Both the position numbers and the translations under genes were made by a program. Below are positions 9,833-20,000 of a stretch of DNA of 20,000 bases, in pieces (position 1 is the stretch's first letter; the number at the start of each line of letters is the position of its first letter). The stretch is from the NCBI RefSeq assembly GCF_004010195.1, contig NC_057719.1, forward strand, positions 45,086,852 through 45,106,851, in the 5' to 3' direction. This DNA comes from Chiloscyllium plagiosum (Eukaryota). The notes under the pieces were generated by a model that worked only from the letters and a program-made list of their open reading frames with translations, made no database searches and was not told the origin of the DNA.

Positions 9833-10906
9833 ATAGAACATAGTACAATACAGCGCAGAACAGGCCCTTTGGCCCTCGATGTTGTACTGACCTGTGAACT
9901 ATTCTGTTAGTCCCCCTACCCTATCCCATCATCATCCATGTGCTTATCCAAGGATTGTTTAAATCTCCCTAATGTGGCTGAGTTGACTACATTAGCAGGT
10001 AGGGCATTCCACGCCCTTACCACTCTCTGCATAAAGAACTTGCCTCTGACGTCTGTCTTAAAGCCATCACCCCTCAATTTGTAGTTATGCCCCCTCGTAC
10101 AAGCTGATGTCATCATCCTAGGAAAAAGCCTTTCACTGTCTACCCTATCTAATCCTCTGATCATCTTGTATGTCTCTATCACATCCCATCTTAGCCGCCT
10201 TCTTTCCAAGGAGAACAGACTCCAGTTTCTCAGCCTTTCCTGATAAGACCTTCCCTTCAGACAGGCAACATCCTGGTAAATCTCCTCTACACCTTTCCAA
10301 TGATTCCACATCCGTCCTGAAATATGGCGACCAGGACTTTACACAATATTCCAAGTGTGGCAGCACCAGTGTTTTGTATAGTTGCAGCATGATATTGCGG
10401 CTCCGGAACTCAATCCCTCTACGAACAAAACCTAACACACCGTATGCCTTCTTAAGAGCACAATCAACCTGGGTGGCAACTTTCAGGGATCCATGTACGT
10501 GGACTCCAAGATCCCTCTGCACATCCACACTACAAAGAATCTTTCCATCTACCCAGTACTCTGCCTTCCTGTTATTCTTCCCAAAGTGCAGCACCTCACA
10601 GTTAGCTGCATTGAACTCCATTTGCCACCTCACAGCCCAATTCTGCAGTTTATCCAAGTCCCCTGCAACGTGTAACATTCTTCCAAACTGTCCACTACTC
10701 CACCGACTTTAGTGTCATCTGCAAATTTACTAATCCATCCACCTATGCCTGTGTCTAATTTAACTCCATTTGCCACCTCACAGCCCAATTCTGCAGTTTA
10801 TCCAAGTCCCCGCAACCTGTAACATTCTTCCAAACTGTCCATTACTCCACCGACTTTAGTGTCATCTGCAAATTTACTAATCCATCCACCTATGCCTGTG
10901 TCTAAT
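9833..10906 (-). mobile_element. 5'-truncated CR1/HER1-type LINE (second subfamily) with duplicated 5' end
   Basis: KFADDTKVGG, WQMEFNAANCEVLHFG, LVLPHLEYCVKSWSPY, LERRRLRWDVIETYKM and FFMQRVVRAWNALP. The 3' tail resembles TTCTATG repeats. Confidence 0.95.
10614..10906. repeat. ~146-bp tandem duplication
   Basis: 10614-10759 and 10762-10906 differ at about 3 positions. Confidence 0.95.
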
Positions 10907-11074
10907 GCAGCGGTGTCTTTTAAAGTGACTGACATTGGATAAGAGAATGTAAGTCTTCCTGAGGGAGCTAACATGAGTGAGTGACAGAATCCTTTGATGT
11001 CTGCAGCTGTGGCTGATATTTACAGGTAGTTAGAGCACATGTAGTATATTCCACCATGTGCTACTTCTCAACAG

Positions 11075-11133
11075 CTGATCGCTCTTGATTTGCTAGCGTC
11101 CAGAGCTACCTGGCCATCTGGCATCACTTGTGG
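11075..11133 (+). CDS. Weak candidate exon (phase 0/2)
   Basis: Acceptor ctacttctcaacag|, open frame LIALDLLASRATWPSGITC(G), weak donor GG|gtattc. Confidence 0.25.
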
Positions 11134-11634
11134 GTATTCGGTCCATTAATATGCCATCCTTTGCCAATTCCTCTTCAGCTAATGTATTAAAAAAATTTAG
11201 TTTTATATAATGGCCCTCTAGTTATTAATGCAAATGTTCCATAATATCTATTTTGTTTAATTTTTGTACCTGTGAAATGTATTATTATATTACTGCAAAT
11301 GAACTTCTTCAGTAAAGTAGTCATTTACAATGCATTGGTAGCATTAAAATGGCTTAAATTTGCAGAGGCAAAAATATAAACTTGGAGTTGTGTGTCAGTG
11401 AGAGCTACTTATAAATCCTGCAGTAAGGAGCTACTTTGTAACTCCCAGGTGGGTGGCACCTGAGGAATGTCAATCTTTTAAGTAAAATAAATACAGAACA
11501 GATAAAGTTCAATACTATTCATTGCTGTTCACAAATGTGATAGAACATTCATCTCGTGTTTCAAATTGGCAACATAGCAAAAGTGAATCAGCTTACATGC
11601 CACCTTAAAACCAAGATCATTTCTTTCTCCTCAC

Positions 11635-13014
11635 CTCACGAACTTGATTGATTTTTATGAAGAAGTAACAAAGAGGATTGATGAGGGCAGAGCAGTAGAC
11701 ATGATGTATATGGGCTTCAGTAAGTCATTTGACAAGGTTCCCCATGGGAGACTGATTAGCAAGGTTAGATCTCATGGAATGCAGAAAGAACCAGCCATTT
11801 GGATACAGAACTGGCTCAAAGGTAGAAGACAGAGGGTGGTGGACAGTTGTTTTTCAGATTGAAGGCCTGTGAGCAGTGGAGTGTCACAAGGATCGGTGCT
11901 GGGTCCTCTACTTTTTGTCATTTATATAAATGATTTGGATATGAACATAGGAGGTATAGTTTAGTAAGTTTGCAGATGAGACCAAAATTGGAGGTGTAGT
12001 GGACGGTGAAGAAGTTTACCTCGGTATATAACAGGATCTTGATCAGATGGGGCAATGGGCTGAGGAGTGGCAGATGGAGTTTAATTTAGATAAACGCGAG
12101 GTGCTGCATTTTGGGAAAACAAATCTTAGCAGGACGTATACACTTAATGGTAAGGTCCTAGGGAATGTTGCTGAAGAAAGAGACCTTGGAGTGCAGGTTC
12201 ATAGCTCCTTGAAAGTGGAGTCGCAGGTAGATACGATAGTGAAGAAGGCGTTTGGTATGCTTTCCTTTATTGGGCAGAGCATTGAGTATAGGAGTTTGGA
12301 GGTCATGTTGCAGCTGTACAGGATGTTGGTTAGGCTAATTTTGGAATATTGTGTGCTTCCTATTGGAAGGATATTATGAAACTTGAAAGGGTTCAGAAAA
12401 GATTTATGAGGATGTTGCCAGGGTTGGAAGATTTGAGCTATAGGGAGAGGCTGAATAGGCTAGGGCTGTTTTTCCCTGGAGCGTCGGAGGCTGAAGGGTG
12501 ACCTTATAGGAGTTTATAAAATCATGAGGATCATAAATAGGGTAAATAGAGAAGTCTTTTCCTTGAGATGGGGAAGTTCAGAACTGGACAGCATAGGGTT
12601 AGAGTGAGAGGGGAAAGATCTTAAAGGGATGTAAGGGGCAACGTTTTCACGCGAGGGTGGTGTGTGTATGGAATGAGCTGCCAGAGGAATTAGTGGAGGC
12701 TGGTATAATTGCAACATTTTAAAAGGCATCTGGATGGGTATATGATAAGGAAGGGTTTAGAGGGATATGGGCCAAGTGCTGGCAAATGGGACTAGATGTG
12801 ATATGTGTATGGAATAAGCTAACAGAGGAAGTGGTGGAGGCTAGTATGATTGCAACATTTAAAAGGCATCTGGACGGGTATATGAATAGGAAGGGTTTGG
12901 AGGGATATGGGCGGTTGCTGGCAGATGGGACTAGAATGGGTTGGGATATTTGGTTAGCATGGACAAGTTGGACTGAAGGATCTGCTTCCGTGTGTACATC
13001 TCTGACTGTATGAC
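11635..13014 (+). mobile_element. 5'-truncated CR1/HER1-type LINE, same subfamily as 3618-4772
   Basis: LTNLIDFYEEVTKRIDEGRAVD, SFDKVPHGRL, SQGSVLGPLLFVIYINDLD, KFADETK and WQMEFN. The 3' end reads TGTACATCTCTGACTGTATGAC. Confidence 0.95.
12663..12935. repeat. Diverged ~133-bp tandem duplication near the LINE 3' end
   Basis: 12663-12796 and 12804-12935 are clearly homologous (TGTGTATGGAAT...GGGACTAGA) with numerous substitutions. Confidence 0.9.
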
Positions 13015-14223
13015 CTTGCCCCATATTCTGTGGCACTGTGCAGTTGGCAACAAGGAGTCTCAGTCTGATGAAGGGAGACTTTTAGATTCCAAGCATTCAG
13101 TTAAAACAAAAGTAATAGTGGAAATGTAACATGTTCAGTGCAAGAGCATTGCCGACAGAGAAAGGAGATTAAAAAATGTACAGTTGTGTAAAGAACAGCA
13201 GAAGTGGGGATTGGCCAATAAGTAGACTTATAGCATACAATACAACCTGACATCCACTCAGCGAACAGAACCGCTAATAAGTTTGCTGTATTGTCTCTTG
13301 AGCCTTCATCGTCACTTAGTTTCCTTTCGCTGGGAGGGCAGGCATACTCCTTTCTGCTTCACAATATGATGGGAAAAAAACTAAAATCCTTGGGCCTTGT
13401 TCAACTTCTTCTTAAAGCACTGCTGATTATTAGTTATTTAAGATGTGAAATTCCATTGCAACATCTGAATAAGGCAACAGCAGTGGGGTATCGGTCTGAG
13501 GTGAGAGTTTGATCCTCTGAAGAATCTCAGTGGAAAATCCCATATCAACCTCTGCACTGCTCAGTTGGTTATTGATTTGCCTGTTGTAGGGGCATATGTA
13601 TAAAATTGACTCAATAAAGTTATATTCCGTCCCATTAAATTCTGCTGCTAATATGTGACAATTATCTTGAGTTACTATTAATTCATAATGGGGATTTGAA
13701 GGCACACCAGAAAGACAATGCTTAGAAAGCCAATTTTGTCTTTTTAGCATCTGGAATAAATGGTGGCAAGATCTGATTGGAAAACATGGTTGAGGACTTG
13801 AGTGTAACCTATATTTATTTTATTACATAGTATTTAGATAATATTCAAATTAATTCATTGATATTTCACTGAGTGAATAAATTGTGAGGCACCAATATAA
13901 TTGCAAGTCACGTAGGCACCGTTTCCAAGGACTAGAGATGCTGTTACGTGAAGTGGACTATTTCCTCTTAACTGTTGAATCGGTTTTTAAAAAAAAAATC
14001 ACTGCCTTACAGTTCTGCAGAGATGTCAATGACTTTCTTTTGAGGGAAAATATTTCTGTGAGACCTGAACTTGTAATTTGCGGGAATGAATGAACAAAAT
14101 AGTCACCTGTGTGTTAAAGTAAGCTCAGCAGGGGATATAGGGAGATCTAATGTAGAGTGTGTGTCTCAATATTTGATTTACTTTAACTGCAAAACCTGAA
14201 TATTCTAAACTTATTGTGTTAAG

Positions 14224-14420
14224 GCTGCCATCTTTGTTCAAATCTAAAGCCGAGCTGGAGAAGCGCAGCAGCTTCAGTTTCTCCTTGCTGATGTTAAACA
14301 TTCTTGACAACCACAAGATCTCAGTTATTGAGTCTCTACAGGAGTATTCCTCATCTCCTGTTGCAAAATCTGGTTTTAGTCTTCCACCAGTCAAGCAATG
14401 GCTGAAATTTGGGAGAAGTA
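14224..14420 (+). CDS. Weak candidate exon (3' boundary uncertain)
   Basis: Possible acceptor ttattgtgttaag| and an open frame LPSLFKSKAELEKRSSFSFSLLMLNILDNHKISVIESLQE... No strong donor found. Confidence 0.2.
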
Positions 14421-14474
14421 AAAAAGAGTGCATGCTTGCACTTGTGTGTGTGCGTGGTTCCCGTTCTGAAATAT

Positions 14475-14775
14475 CCCCAATCACTGCCCCTGCTCCAACT
14501 CCTCTGATGCTGAAATCCTGTTCATGCCTTTGTTACCTTTTAGACTTAAGAATTTCAGTGAACCTTTGGTTAGCCTTCCACAGTCATCCAAAGCTCTGCT
14601 GCTTGTGCCTTTACTTATACAAAGTCCCTTTCACCCTGCCTCCCTGGGCTTTATGAATATGCTGGTTTCTGGTCAACCAATGCCTCAGTTTAAAATTTAC
14701 ATCCCTGTTTACAAATCCCTTCATAATCTTACTCCTCACCATCTCTATAAGCTCTTCTGTTATGATCCTGGTAGA
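14475..14775 (+). mobile_element. Degenerate L2-like LINE fragment
   Basis: With frameshifts it reads SSDAEIL.VHAFVTF.RL...VIQSSAACAFTYTKS...QFKIYIPVYKSLHNLTPHHL, matching L2 C-terminal ORF2 motifs (VHAFVTSRLDY; FKIL.LVFKSLHGLAP.YL). Confidence 0.75.
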
Positions 14776-15139
14776 GACCAGTAACTTTTAGAAGTAAATT
14801 CAAACTCCCAGGTATTAACTGGAAAAAAAACATGTCATAAGATTTTACATTTCAACGAAAAGAGGTAATAGCAGCGTATTCTGTGAACACGAATTCTTTA
14901 AACCTGAATCCCAGTAAACCATTTCCTGTTCTTTTGTTATTTCTGATCACAAGTTCCTCTTTACCTTCCATCATGTTGAGGGTACCTCCAGTACATGTGG
15001 GACAAAACAAGAACGTATTAGAGCTTTCAAGTAATCACTTTGATTTTCCTTACTCTTCTCACTTTCTCTGTTGTGTGAGGTAGTTTTGAATCCTTCTACG
15101 AAGCAACCATCAAGACTATTCCAACTCTCCTTTGGTACT

Positions 15140-16005
15140 TCATGATTGTTTAGGGCTTGCTTCATTTGAACATGGACTGCTTCAGTATTTGTGGAATCAC
15201 GCATGATGCTGAACATTTTGCAATCATCAGGGAACAACCCCACTTCTGACCTTATGATGGAGGAAAAATCATTGAAACAGCTGAAGATGGTTGGGCCTAG
15301 GACACTACCCTGAGGAACTTTTGCAGAGAAGTCTTGGAGCTGAGATGATTGAACAACAACCACTACAATTATTTTCCTCTGTGTCAGGTATGACTCCAAT
15401 CAACAGAGAGCTTTACTTCTCCTGATTCCAATTGATTCAAGTTTTCCCAGGGCTCTTTGATGCTAAGATAAGTCAAATGTGGCATTGATGTCACCTCACC
15501 TCAAGAATTCAGCTCTTTTGGCCATGTTTAAACCAATGCTGTCATAAACTGAGTTCCTGGCATCCAATTGCTAAGCAAGTGCTGCTTGATACTACTGTTG
15601 ACAATACCTTCCATCATGTTACTGATCAAGAGAACACTGATGGACAGTAATTGGCCAAATTAGTTTTGACCTGCTTTGAATACAGGATATACCTGGGCAA
15701 ATTTCCACACTGCTGGGTAGATTCCAATGTTGTAGTTGTACTGGATTAGCTTGGATAGAGATGTAGCAAGTTCTGGAGCACAAATCTTCAGTACTATTGC
15801 TGGATGTTGTCAGGACCTGCAGCCTTTGCAGTATCAAGTCTCCTCTTGATATCATATGGAGAGAATTGAATTGGCTGAAGATTGGTGTCTGTGATGCTGG
15901 GGAGCACTGGAGGAAACTGAGACAGATCATCCACTCGGCACTATTGGCTGAAGATTGCTGCAATTGTTTAAGCCTTAAACTTTTGTAGGGCATCCCATTG
16001 TTGAG
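15140..16005 (-). mobile_element. Older CR1-clade LINE RT fragment (distinct family)
   Basis: ORF 14971-15399 gives ESYLTQRKIIVVV...VPQGSVLGPTIFSCF...SEVGLFPDDCKMF. Upstream minus-strand remnants resemble GPDNIPAIVLKICAPEL and ANYCPSVF. Confidence 0.88.
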
Positions 16006-16009
16006 GATT

Positions 16010-16213
16010 TTTTGATTTTGATTTGACTTGATTTATTATTGTCACATGTACCTAGGTACAGTGAAAGGTTTTGAGTACAGTACAGGCAGATCATATTGTA
16101 CAAAGTGCATTAGGGTAATAGAACAGGAGTGAGGAATGCAATGTTACAGCTGCAGAGGTGTTCAAAGAGTGAGGTCAGCATTCAATTTAAAATGTGAGAG
16201 ATCTATTCAGAAG
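16010..16213 (-). mobile_element. Probable 3' UTR of another non-LTR element (possibly Rex1/Babar-like)
   Basis: The minus strand ends AATAAATCAAGTCAAATCAAAATCAAA, a polyA-signal-like motif followed by a short tandem repeat tail. The family assignment is from memory only. Confidence 0.4.
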
Positions 16214-16342
16214 GAGAAAGAGAGGACTGCAGTCGCTGGAGATCAGATTCGAAGAATCAGGTGCTGGAAAAGCATAGCCAGTCAGGCAGCATCCAAGGAG
16301 CAGGATAGTTGATATTTCAAACATAAGCCCTTCATCAGGAAT
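16214..16342 (-). mobile_element. Degenerate copy of the short PLE-derived family A element
   Basis: Same boundaries as 6255-6379 (GAGAAAG.GAGGACTGCAG ... GCCCTTCATCAGGAAT). The hammerhead is decayed: CUGAUGAAGGGCUUAUGUUUGAAAUAUC. Confidence 0.8.
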
Positions 16343-17211
16343 CATCCAGACAGAAGTCCAATAACAGTGTGTGCAAGCTGCAAGAGGGCAAAGCTTATAG
16401 CTGTATTGTGCAGGAATGAGGTGGAGCATATGTATTCCTTAGAAAAGTCAGATTGGATTCAAAACATTGTTTTTACTATTAAAGCACATGTATGCAAGAT
16501 ATAACTCCTGATAATTAGAGACTTTGGTAAGTAAATTATTGCAGTTTGTGAGTGACCAGTGCAGTTGATGAGATATTAATTGCTGACCTTAACAACGTGT
16601 GTGAGATCATTTGATGGCACTGCTTCCAGGTTCACTGGATTCTCTGAGCATGTCCCAGGACAGCAATCCTGCTCTCACTGCTGTTTGATCATGAATATGG
16701 AGGGCCTCCTCTCCACTTCCCCATTCCTCCTCTTTCGCCCCCTTCATCCAGTGCAAACTCAGAGCTTGGAGCTTACTTTGTTCTCTCTTGTGCCATACTT
16801 CATTCCTATCCTAAAGCAGCTTCTAATCCACTGTAATACTTAGCTAAAACTCCTGCTCCAGTCACGTTTGCTCCTCCCCTTTTAAAAAGTGCAGGTTATT
16901 TCTAAGCAGTACAAGTTAGCATCAAGTAGTACAAACCATTCATCATGATGATGCCTGTTAATGTGCCAAGCCACTAAATAGTAAGGGTAGTGCTGGCTGG
17001 ATGCACTAACCATAGAAACGATCAGTGCATGTATGAAGCTGGTGTGCTGCTTGGATTGCAATCAGTGGGCATGGGATAATCAAACCTCATCATCCCCATG
17101 CCTATTTTCAGTGGCTATTTACTGACCAATATAATTATCATACTATTTATAAATCAAAATCCTTGCTTTGTTTTGACATCACTTTTTAAAATTATTGTAA
17201 AATAGTTTCAG

Positions 17212-17406
17212 GTGTACATAAATTTGAAGAGTGACAATGGAGTTTGTGTGTTATGTCCCAAACTCAGTAAAGTCAAACAGTGGGAGAAACCCCTCAAAAT
17301 GTTGTCTTTCCCTGTTGAAGAGTTTGCACTGGCTCTTAAGAGTGATTTGTTAATCTCCTGTGAACAATTCAAACCTTGCAATAATTGTCTAAATATTGAC
17401 TTCTGA
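17212..17406 (+). CDS. Candidate terminal exon (64 aa plus stop)
   Basis: Acceptor tttcag|GTG after an AT-rich tract, then an open frame VYINLKSDNGVCVLCPKLSKVKQWEKPLK...CNNCLNIDF*. No homolog recognised. Confidence 0.3.
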   Translation: MYINLKSDNGVCVLCPKLSKVKQWEKPLKMLSFPVEEFALALKSDLLISCEQFKPCNNCLNIDF

Positions 17407-17630
17407 CAGCGTTCCCCAATGTTAACAATGAACTGCAGATACAATGAAATTCTGTATGTTGACTGAACCAGCATTTAGACCAAGGTCAGTCAGTATTAAC
17501 AATGGTTTGCTGAAGTGTTTAGCAAGTACTGGGCTATTCCAGCCACATCGCAAAGTAACTATGTTTGGTGTCCTGAAAGAACAAGTCCTAGATTATGACA
17601 ACTTTGGACCTTGGAGCTTCCTGTAAACTG

Positions 17631-17740
17631 AAAAGCAAGATGCTACAGATATTAGAAATTTTGAAATAAAAACAGAAAATGTTGGAAGTATTCAGCCAAT
17701 GTGGCAAGAAAAGCAGCTAACATATCAAGTCTGATGAAAT
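17631..17740. mobile_element. Very old PLE-related short repeat remnant
   Basis: TGCTACAGATATTAGAAAT...AAAATGTTGGAAGTATTCAGC loosely matches CTGCAGATGCTGGAGATC...GCTGGAAAAGCGCAGC of family A. Confidence 0.45.
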
Positions 17741-18394
17741 TGTTGACTGCCATATAAACCGCAGATGTTACCTCATTGCACAAGTCTCAATTTAATTTCT
17801 AAACAGCGTGAATTAGACTCTTTTAGAAAAGCAATTTGGATGCAAACTGAATTGATAGCATAGTTGGTTAATACTATGTGCTGTCAATTCTCTACAACAT
17901 TGTAATGTAGCATAATTCAGTTTTATGTCAAGCAGTTCAGAACTTTAAAATGTTACCTGAAATGACAGTCATTTGTACTAGCTAGTTTTAATGCACCCAA
18001 CATGTTCCTCCAGAAATTAATGGGAAGGCCATATTGTCTGGCCTCTGTAAGGAGGTGTCTGATGCTTTCCAGCAATCAGGCTCTTTTTGATATAACTTTG
18101 GGCTTTCAGAATGATGCATTGGTTTAGAAACAACATAGCCAGACTGTCCTGAAAAACAGAGAATGGAATTTGCTGCACGATTCTTGGTGTTCTCTAGGTA
18201 ATTATATTTCTGAGCATTGGGATTTACAGATCAGTGCTTAAGAATTTAACTTAATAATTTGATGTGGTACATGATGATTCCACATTTGCCTTTTCTGTAT
18301 TGTATTACTGAAAGAGGATTGTACTAGCAGCAGTAAAGGGATGCTATCATTTTGAATTGATTTCAAAACTTCAAACATTGGGAAATTGTTGCAG

Positions 18395-18617
18395 CTTGAC
18401 CTTCAAAGTGCTAAGAAGTCATAGTTTCAGTCCAATAGTGGGGAAGAGAACTTGGGTGTTGGAGGAACCACCCTCTGAATGTGAGATAGCTGAACACAGT
18501 GAAAAGAGCCCAGAGCTCAAGCAAATAATTTATCTGGGCAACCTTTATATTCCATTGGCTGCTAATGCCACTACCCTATTCAGTAATTGTTTTATAGGAC
18601 ACCTGGAAGAAATGTCG
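18395..18617 (+). CDS. Candidate exon (phase 2/0)
   Basis: Acceptor ttgttgcag|, donor TCG|gtaatg, open frame LTFKVLRSHSFSPIVGKRTWVLEEPPSECEIAEHSEKSPELKQIIYLGNLYIPLAANATTLFSNCFIGHLEEMS. The polypyrimidine tract is weak. Confidence 0.3.
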
Positions 18618-18659
18618 GTAATGACAGTAGTGTTTTAGTTACATTCGCTTCTCATATAA

Positions 18660-18800
18660 AGTGTCAGTTTATGGCAAACTTACTTCCTGAACTAGAAGGT
18701 GGTATTCCAATCCCACTCCAGGACTGAAGTGCAAAGATCAAAGCTGAATGCCTCAGAGGGTTTGCTGAAGGTCTCCTTTTTCAAGTGAGGTGTTAAATTC
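18660..18800 (+). mobile_element. Degenerate tRNA-derived SINE head (DeuSINE/SacSINE1-like)
   Basis: A-box-like TGTCAGTTTATGG and B-box-like ATTCCAATCCC, followed by ACTCCAGGACTGAAG...GAGGTGTTAAA resembling shark SINE bodies. Confidence 0.5.
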
Positions 18801-18842
18801 TCTTCTGTACTGCCTTATTCAACCTCAAGTTCTAGTGTCCAC

Positions 18843-19789
18843 CATAGAACATGGAATATAATAGCACAGTACTGGCCTTTTGGCCCTTGATGTTGCGCTG
18901 ACCAGTGGAACCAATCTGAAGCCCATTTAACCCACACTATTTCATTCTCATCCATATGCCTATCCAATGACCATTTAAATGCCCTTAAAGATGGCGAGTC
19001 TACTATTGTTGCAGGCAGTGTGTTCTACACCCCTACTACTATGAGTAAAGAAACTACCTCTGACATCTGTCCTATATCACTCCTCAATTTAAAGCTATGT
19101 CCCCTCATACTAGCCATCGCCATCCGAGGAAAAAGGCTCTCACTGTCCAGCCTATCTAACCCTCTGATTATCTTGTAGGTCTCAAAAGTCACCTCTCAAC
19201 CTTCTTCTCTCTAATGAAAACAGCGTCAAGTCCCTCAGCCTTTCCTCGTAAGACCTTACCTCCATACCAGGCAACATCCTAGTAAATCTCCTATGAACCA
19301 TTTCCAAAGTTGCCACATCCTTCCTATAATTCGGTGACTAGGACTGTATGCAATATTCCAAATGTGGCCGCGCCAGAGTTGTGTACAGCTGTAGCATGAT
19401 CTCATGGTTCTGAAACTCAATCCCTCTACCAGTAAGAGCTAACACATTGTATGCTGCCTTAACAACTCTATCAAGCTGGGTGGCAACTCAAGGATTTATG
19501 TACCTGGACACTGAGATCTCTCTGCTCATCTACACTACCAAGAATCTTACCATTAGCCCAGTACTCTGCATTCCTCTTATTCCTTCCTAAGTGAATAACG
19601 TCGCACTTTTGTTTTTGCATTAAACTCCATTTCCCACCTCTCGGCCCAGCTCTGCAGCTTATCTATGTCCCTCTGTAATGTATAACATCGTTTGTAACTA
19701 TCTACAACTCCACCGACCTTAGTGTCATCTGCAAATTTATTAACCCATCCTTCTATGCCCTCATCCAGGTCATTTATAAAAATGACAGA
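18843..19789 (-). mobile_element. 5'-truncated CR1/HER1-type LINE, related to 9833-10906
   Basis: VIFINDLDEGIEGWVNKFADDTKVGG...WEMEFN. The 3' tail is TGTTCTATG-like. Confidence 0.95.
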
Positions 19790-20000
19790 CAAAGAAATTG
19801 AGGATTTGGTTAAGAAAAAGAAGGAAGCATATGTCAGGTATAGACAGGATAGATCGAGTGAATCCTTAAAAGAGTATAAAGAAAGTAGGAGTATACTTAA
19901 GAGGGAAATCAGGAGGGCAAAACTGGGACATTAGATAGCTTTGGCAAATAGAATTAAGGAGAATCCAAAAGGTGTTTACAAATATATTAAGGACAAAAGG
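19790..20000 (+). mobile_element. CR1 ORF2 tether-region fragment in opposite orientation, running off the window
   Basis: KEIEDLVKKKKEAYVRYRQDRSSESLKEYKESRSILKREIRRAKLGH*IALANRIKENPK..YKYIKDKR, typical of the CR1 EN-RT linker. Confidence 0.9.

Noticed and set aside
16309..16341. Third family A hammerhead as an active ribozyme
   Set aside because: The stem II 3' strand has decayed (GUUU) and the ACGU helix III is changed to AUAU, so it is probably inactive.
17731..17760. CTGATGA on the + strand as a hammerhead core
   Set aside because: No stem II and GAAA box follow it.
1..20000. Prokaryotic systems (CRISPR arrays, retrons, operons) suggested by RT plus structured RNA
   Set aside because: The RTs are eukaryotic CR1/L2 types, there is no regularly spaced repeat-spacer array, and coding density is very low.

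Overview
Repeat-rich, mostly non-coding vertebrate genomic DNA. The repeat families suggest a cartilaginous fish (shark); this is inferred from remembered family similarity, not a database search. About half of the window is decayed non-LTR retrotransposons. These comprise four 5'-truncated, relatively young CR1/HER1-type LINE copies, a further CR1 ORF2 piece at the right edge, one near full-length old CR1 (esterase ORF1 plus APE-RT ORF2), another older CR1-type RT fragment, two L2-like fragments and a tRNA-derived SINE remnant. Almost all long ORFs in the track are broken RT pieces or their antisense shadows. The most interesting signal is a set of short Penelope-like-element (PLE)-derived insertions, several with clean 12-15 bp target-site duplications. 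They carry minimal hammerhead ribozyme cores (CUGANGA-stem II-GAAACGUC) from two families. One copy is a head-to-head inverted structure whose breakpoint lies at the predicted GUC cleavage triplet. The unique DNA between repeats holds a few candidate + strand exons (best: 9650-9763) of an unidentified host gene.
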